In this document: positions 62,699 to 64,000 of the stretch, in pieces
Layout of the letters: each line of letters begins with the position of its first letter
Numbering within the stretch: the stretch's first letter is position 1
From: Blastocladiella emersonii ATCC 22665
Taxonomy: Eukaryota; Fungi; Blastocladiomycota
Length of the DNA: 64,000 bases
Reading direction: 5' to 3'
NCBI GenBank assembly: GCA_025594325.1
Contig: JANHCV010000001.1
Location: 3,906,001-3,970,000, forward strand
Position numbers and translations under genes: made by a program
Notes under the pieces: generated by a model
Database searches by the model: none
What the model saw: the letters and a program-made list of their open reading frames with translations, nothing else
What the model was told of the DNA's origin: nothing

Positions 62699-64000
62699 AT
62701 GAAAATATCTGCAACTAGAGGCAACGACGCCCTTGACCCGGCCTCGGTGCTCGGCGCGGCCTCCGCCGACCCGGCCGCGATCGCAATCCTCGCCCGCGGC
62801 TATGCCGTCGACCGTTTCGTTCGCGATAACCCCCGTTTCGACCCGTCGACGTCGAACTCGCCGATCGGATGGCTCGAGCGTGTCGAGGCGAGTCTCGATC
62901 TCGCCGCCGTCCCCACGTCGTACCGCGTCGAGTGCCTGCTCGGTTTGATTGACAGCCCCGACTTCCTCGCGATCGCCAAGGACGAGCTACTCCAGCTCGA
63001 CGACCGCTCCGACTCGATGATGTTCGAGCGTCTTCGCGAGTTCTTTATCGCGACCTTCGCGCCGTACGAGCGCCATCTGGCCGATGTCGCAACTCGCCAC
63101 CTGCGCTCGCTGTGCCCCGACGGCCGATCGGACGCCGAGTTCTACCTCGCTTTCCGCGCTGCTCTTCTCGATATCCCGCTCGGCTTCCGCATGCCCGAGG
63201 CCGAAGCGACGAGCCTCTTCATCGACGCGGTCGGCCGTGACCGCTTCCCCGCCGACTTTGACGCCGATGGCTGGACGCTACCCCAGACGTACGCCGAGCT
63301 CTGCCGCACGACATACCTGGCCGAGAACCCGCAGGCGGCCGAGGAGTCAAAGGAGGAGCCCAAAATTGCCACCAATGAACCCGTCGCCGACGCGCAGGCC
63401 AAGCCCGAGATCGCTGGCGATGCCGCCCCGGTCCCGTCCACATCGGAGGCGGATCTCGCCGAGTCGGCTTCGTCCACCAACAAGGCGGCCGAGGAGATCG
63501 AGGACACGGCCGACGTTGCCGAGTCATCCAAGGATGCGGCCCCCGCTGCTGCCGTCGAGCCGATTGCCGAGCAGGCCAAACCGATCCAGCCTTCGCCGAG
63601 CCCCGCGCGGTCCAAGAAGGCGCGCAAGAAGAAGCCGGCGGCGGGCCCGCCGCCCAAGTCGGCTTCTCCGCCCGCTGTTGCTGCTCAACGGCAGGTCACG
63701 GCGCTGGTCTCGAGCCCTTCCCCCGCCGCCGCTGCCAAGGGCGTGCCCCCGATCGCCATGCCGACGTACAAGTCGCCCGGCCCGATCGAGTGGCACGTCC
63801 CGGCCGCGGGCGACGCGCCGTTCGTCGTCGGCACCATCAACAACGTGCTCGTCGCCGCGCGCCTGCTTCCGTCCACGCAAGAGAGTTTCATCTCGTCCCG
63901 CATCGTGGATCGTGCGGGGCTCAAGATCGACCCGTCCGAGACGGTGGTGCTCGCCGCTCCCGACGGCCCGCCGACCGCGTCGCTGGGTGTCGTCCACGTG
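62699..64000 (+). mobile_element. Retrotransposon-derived (Ty3/gypsy-like) Gag plus degenerate retropepsin ORF, open to the window end
   Basis: Hand translation from ATG 62699 gives 434 codons with no stop. It contains a Gag-capsid-like helical region (W.ER.E.SL; FERLREFFIATFAP; LRSL...GRSDAEFY.AF), a linker, then VGTINNV.VAARLLPSTQESFISSRIV.R.GL.I.P...V.L.AP.DG....SLG.V (retropepsin pattern lacking DTG). Confidence 0.6.

Noticed and set aside
1-64000. CRISPR arrays, rRNA, prokaryotic operons or defence systems
   Set aside because: The DNA is eukaryotic (spliceosomal introns throughout). No direct-repeat/spacer arrays or rRNA signatures were seen.

Overview
High-GC, intron-containing eukaryotic DNA from a zoosporic (flagellated) early-diverging fungus. 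The lineage (chytrid/blastoclad-like) is inferred from fungal-type housekeeping genes plus axonemal and centriolar genes; the species cannot be determined. About 30 tightly packed protein-coding genes, with short GT-AG introns (mostly GTACG/GTGCG...CTGAC/CTAAC...YAG, about 55-80 nt). Housekeeping genes: MTHFR, POL31, RIP1, HRT3/FBXO9, APT1, MED6, MSF1, PPT1, AGM1, PTGR3, an MBOAT acyltransferase, EMP24 and CISD3. Flagellum/centriole genes: BBOF1-like, DRC11/IQCA1, DNAI7/CASC1, an EF-hand/WD40 protein, CEP120 and CFAP58. There is also a bifunctional lycopene cyclase/phytoene synthase. Strongest novelty candidates: (1) a receptor-like membrane protein built from a catalytically dead 5'-nucleotidase that keeps most of its nucleoside pocket, plus CUB, Cys-rich repeats and a multi-pass TM module (38.7-42.5 kb); (2) a retrotransposon-like Gag plus catalytically dead retropepsin ORF, missed by the ORF track, with a diverged tandem partial copy (62.1-64 kb); (3) an MGCGASK dual-acylated disordered protein whose first coding exon is only ATG and which carries 8 copies of an unrecognised ELPASxYEL motif (54-57 kb); (4) a recurrent intergenic GTCTCGCG element; (5) an orphan 7TM protein and a CC1-box coiled-coil protein. 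No rRNA, tRNA or CRISPR features were found. All family assignments come from motifs recalled by eye; no database search was run.
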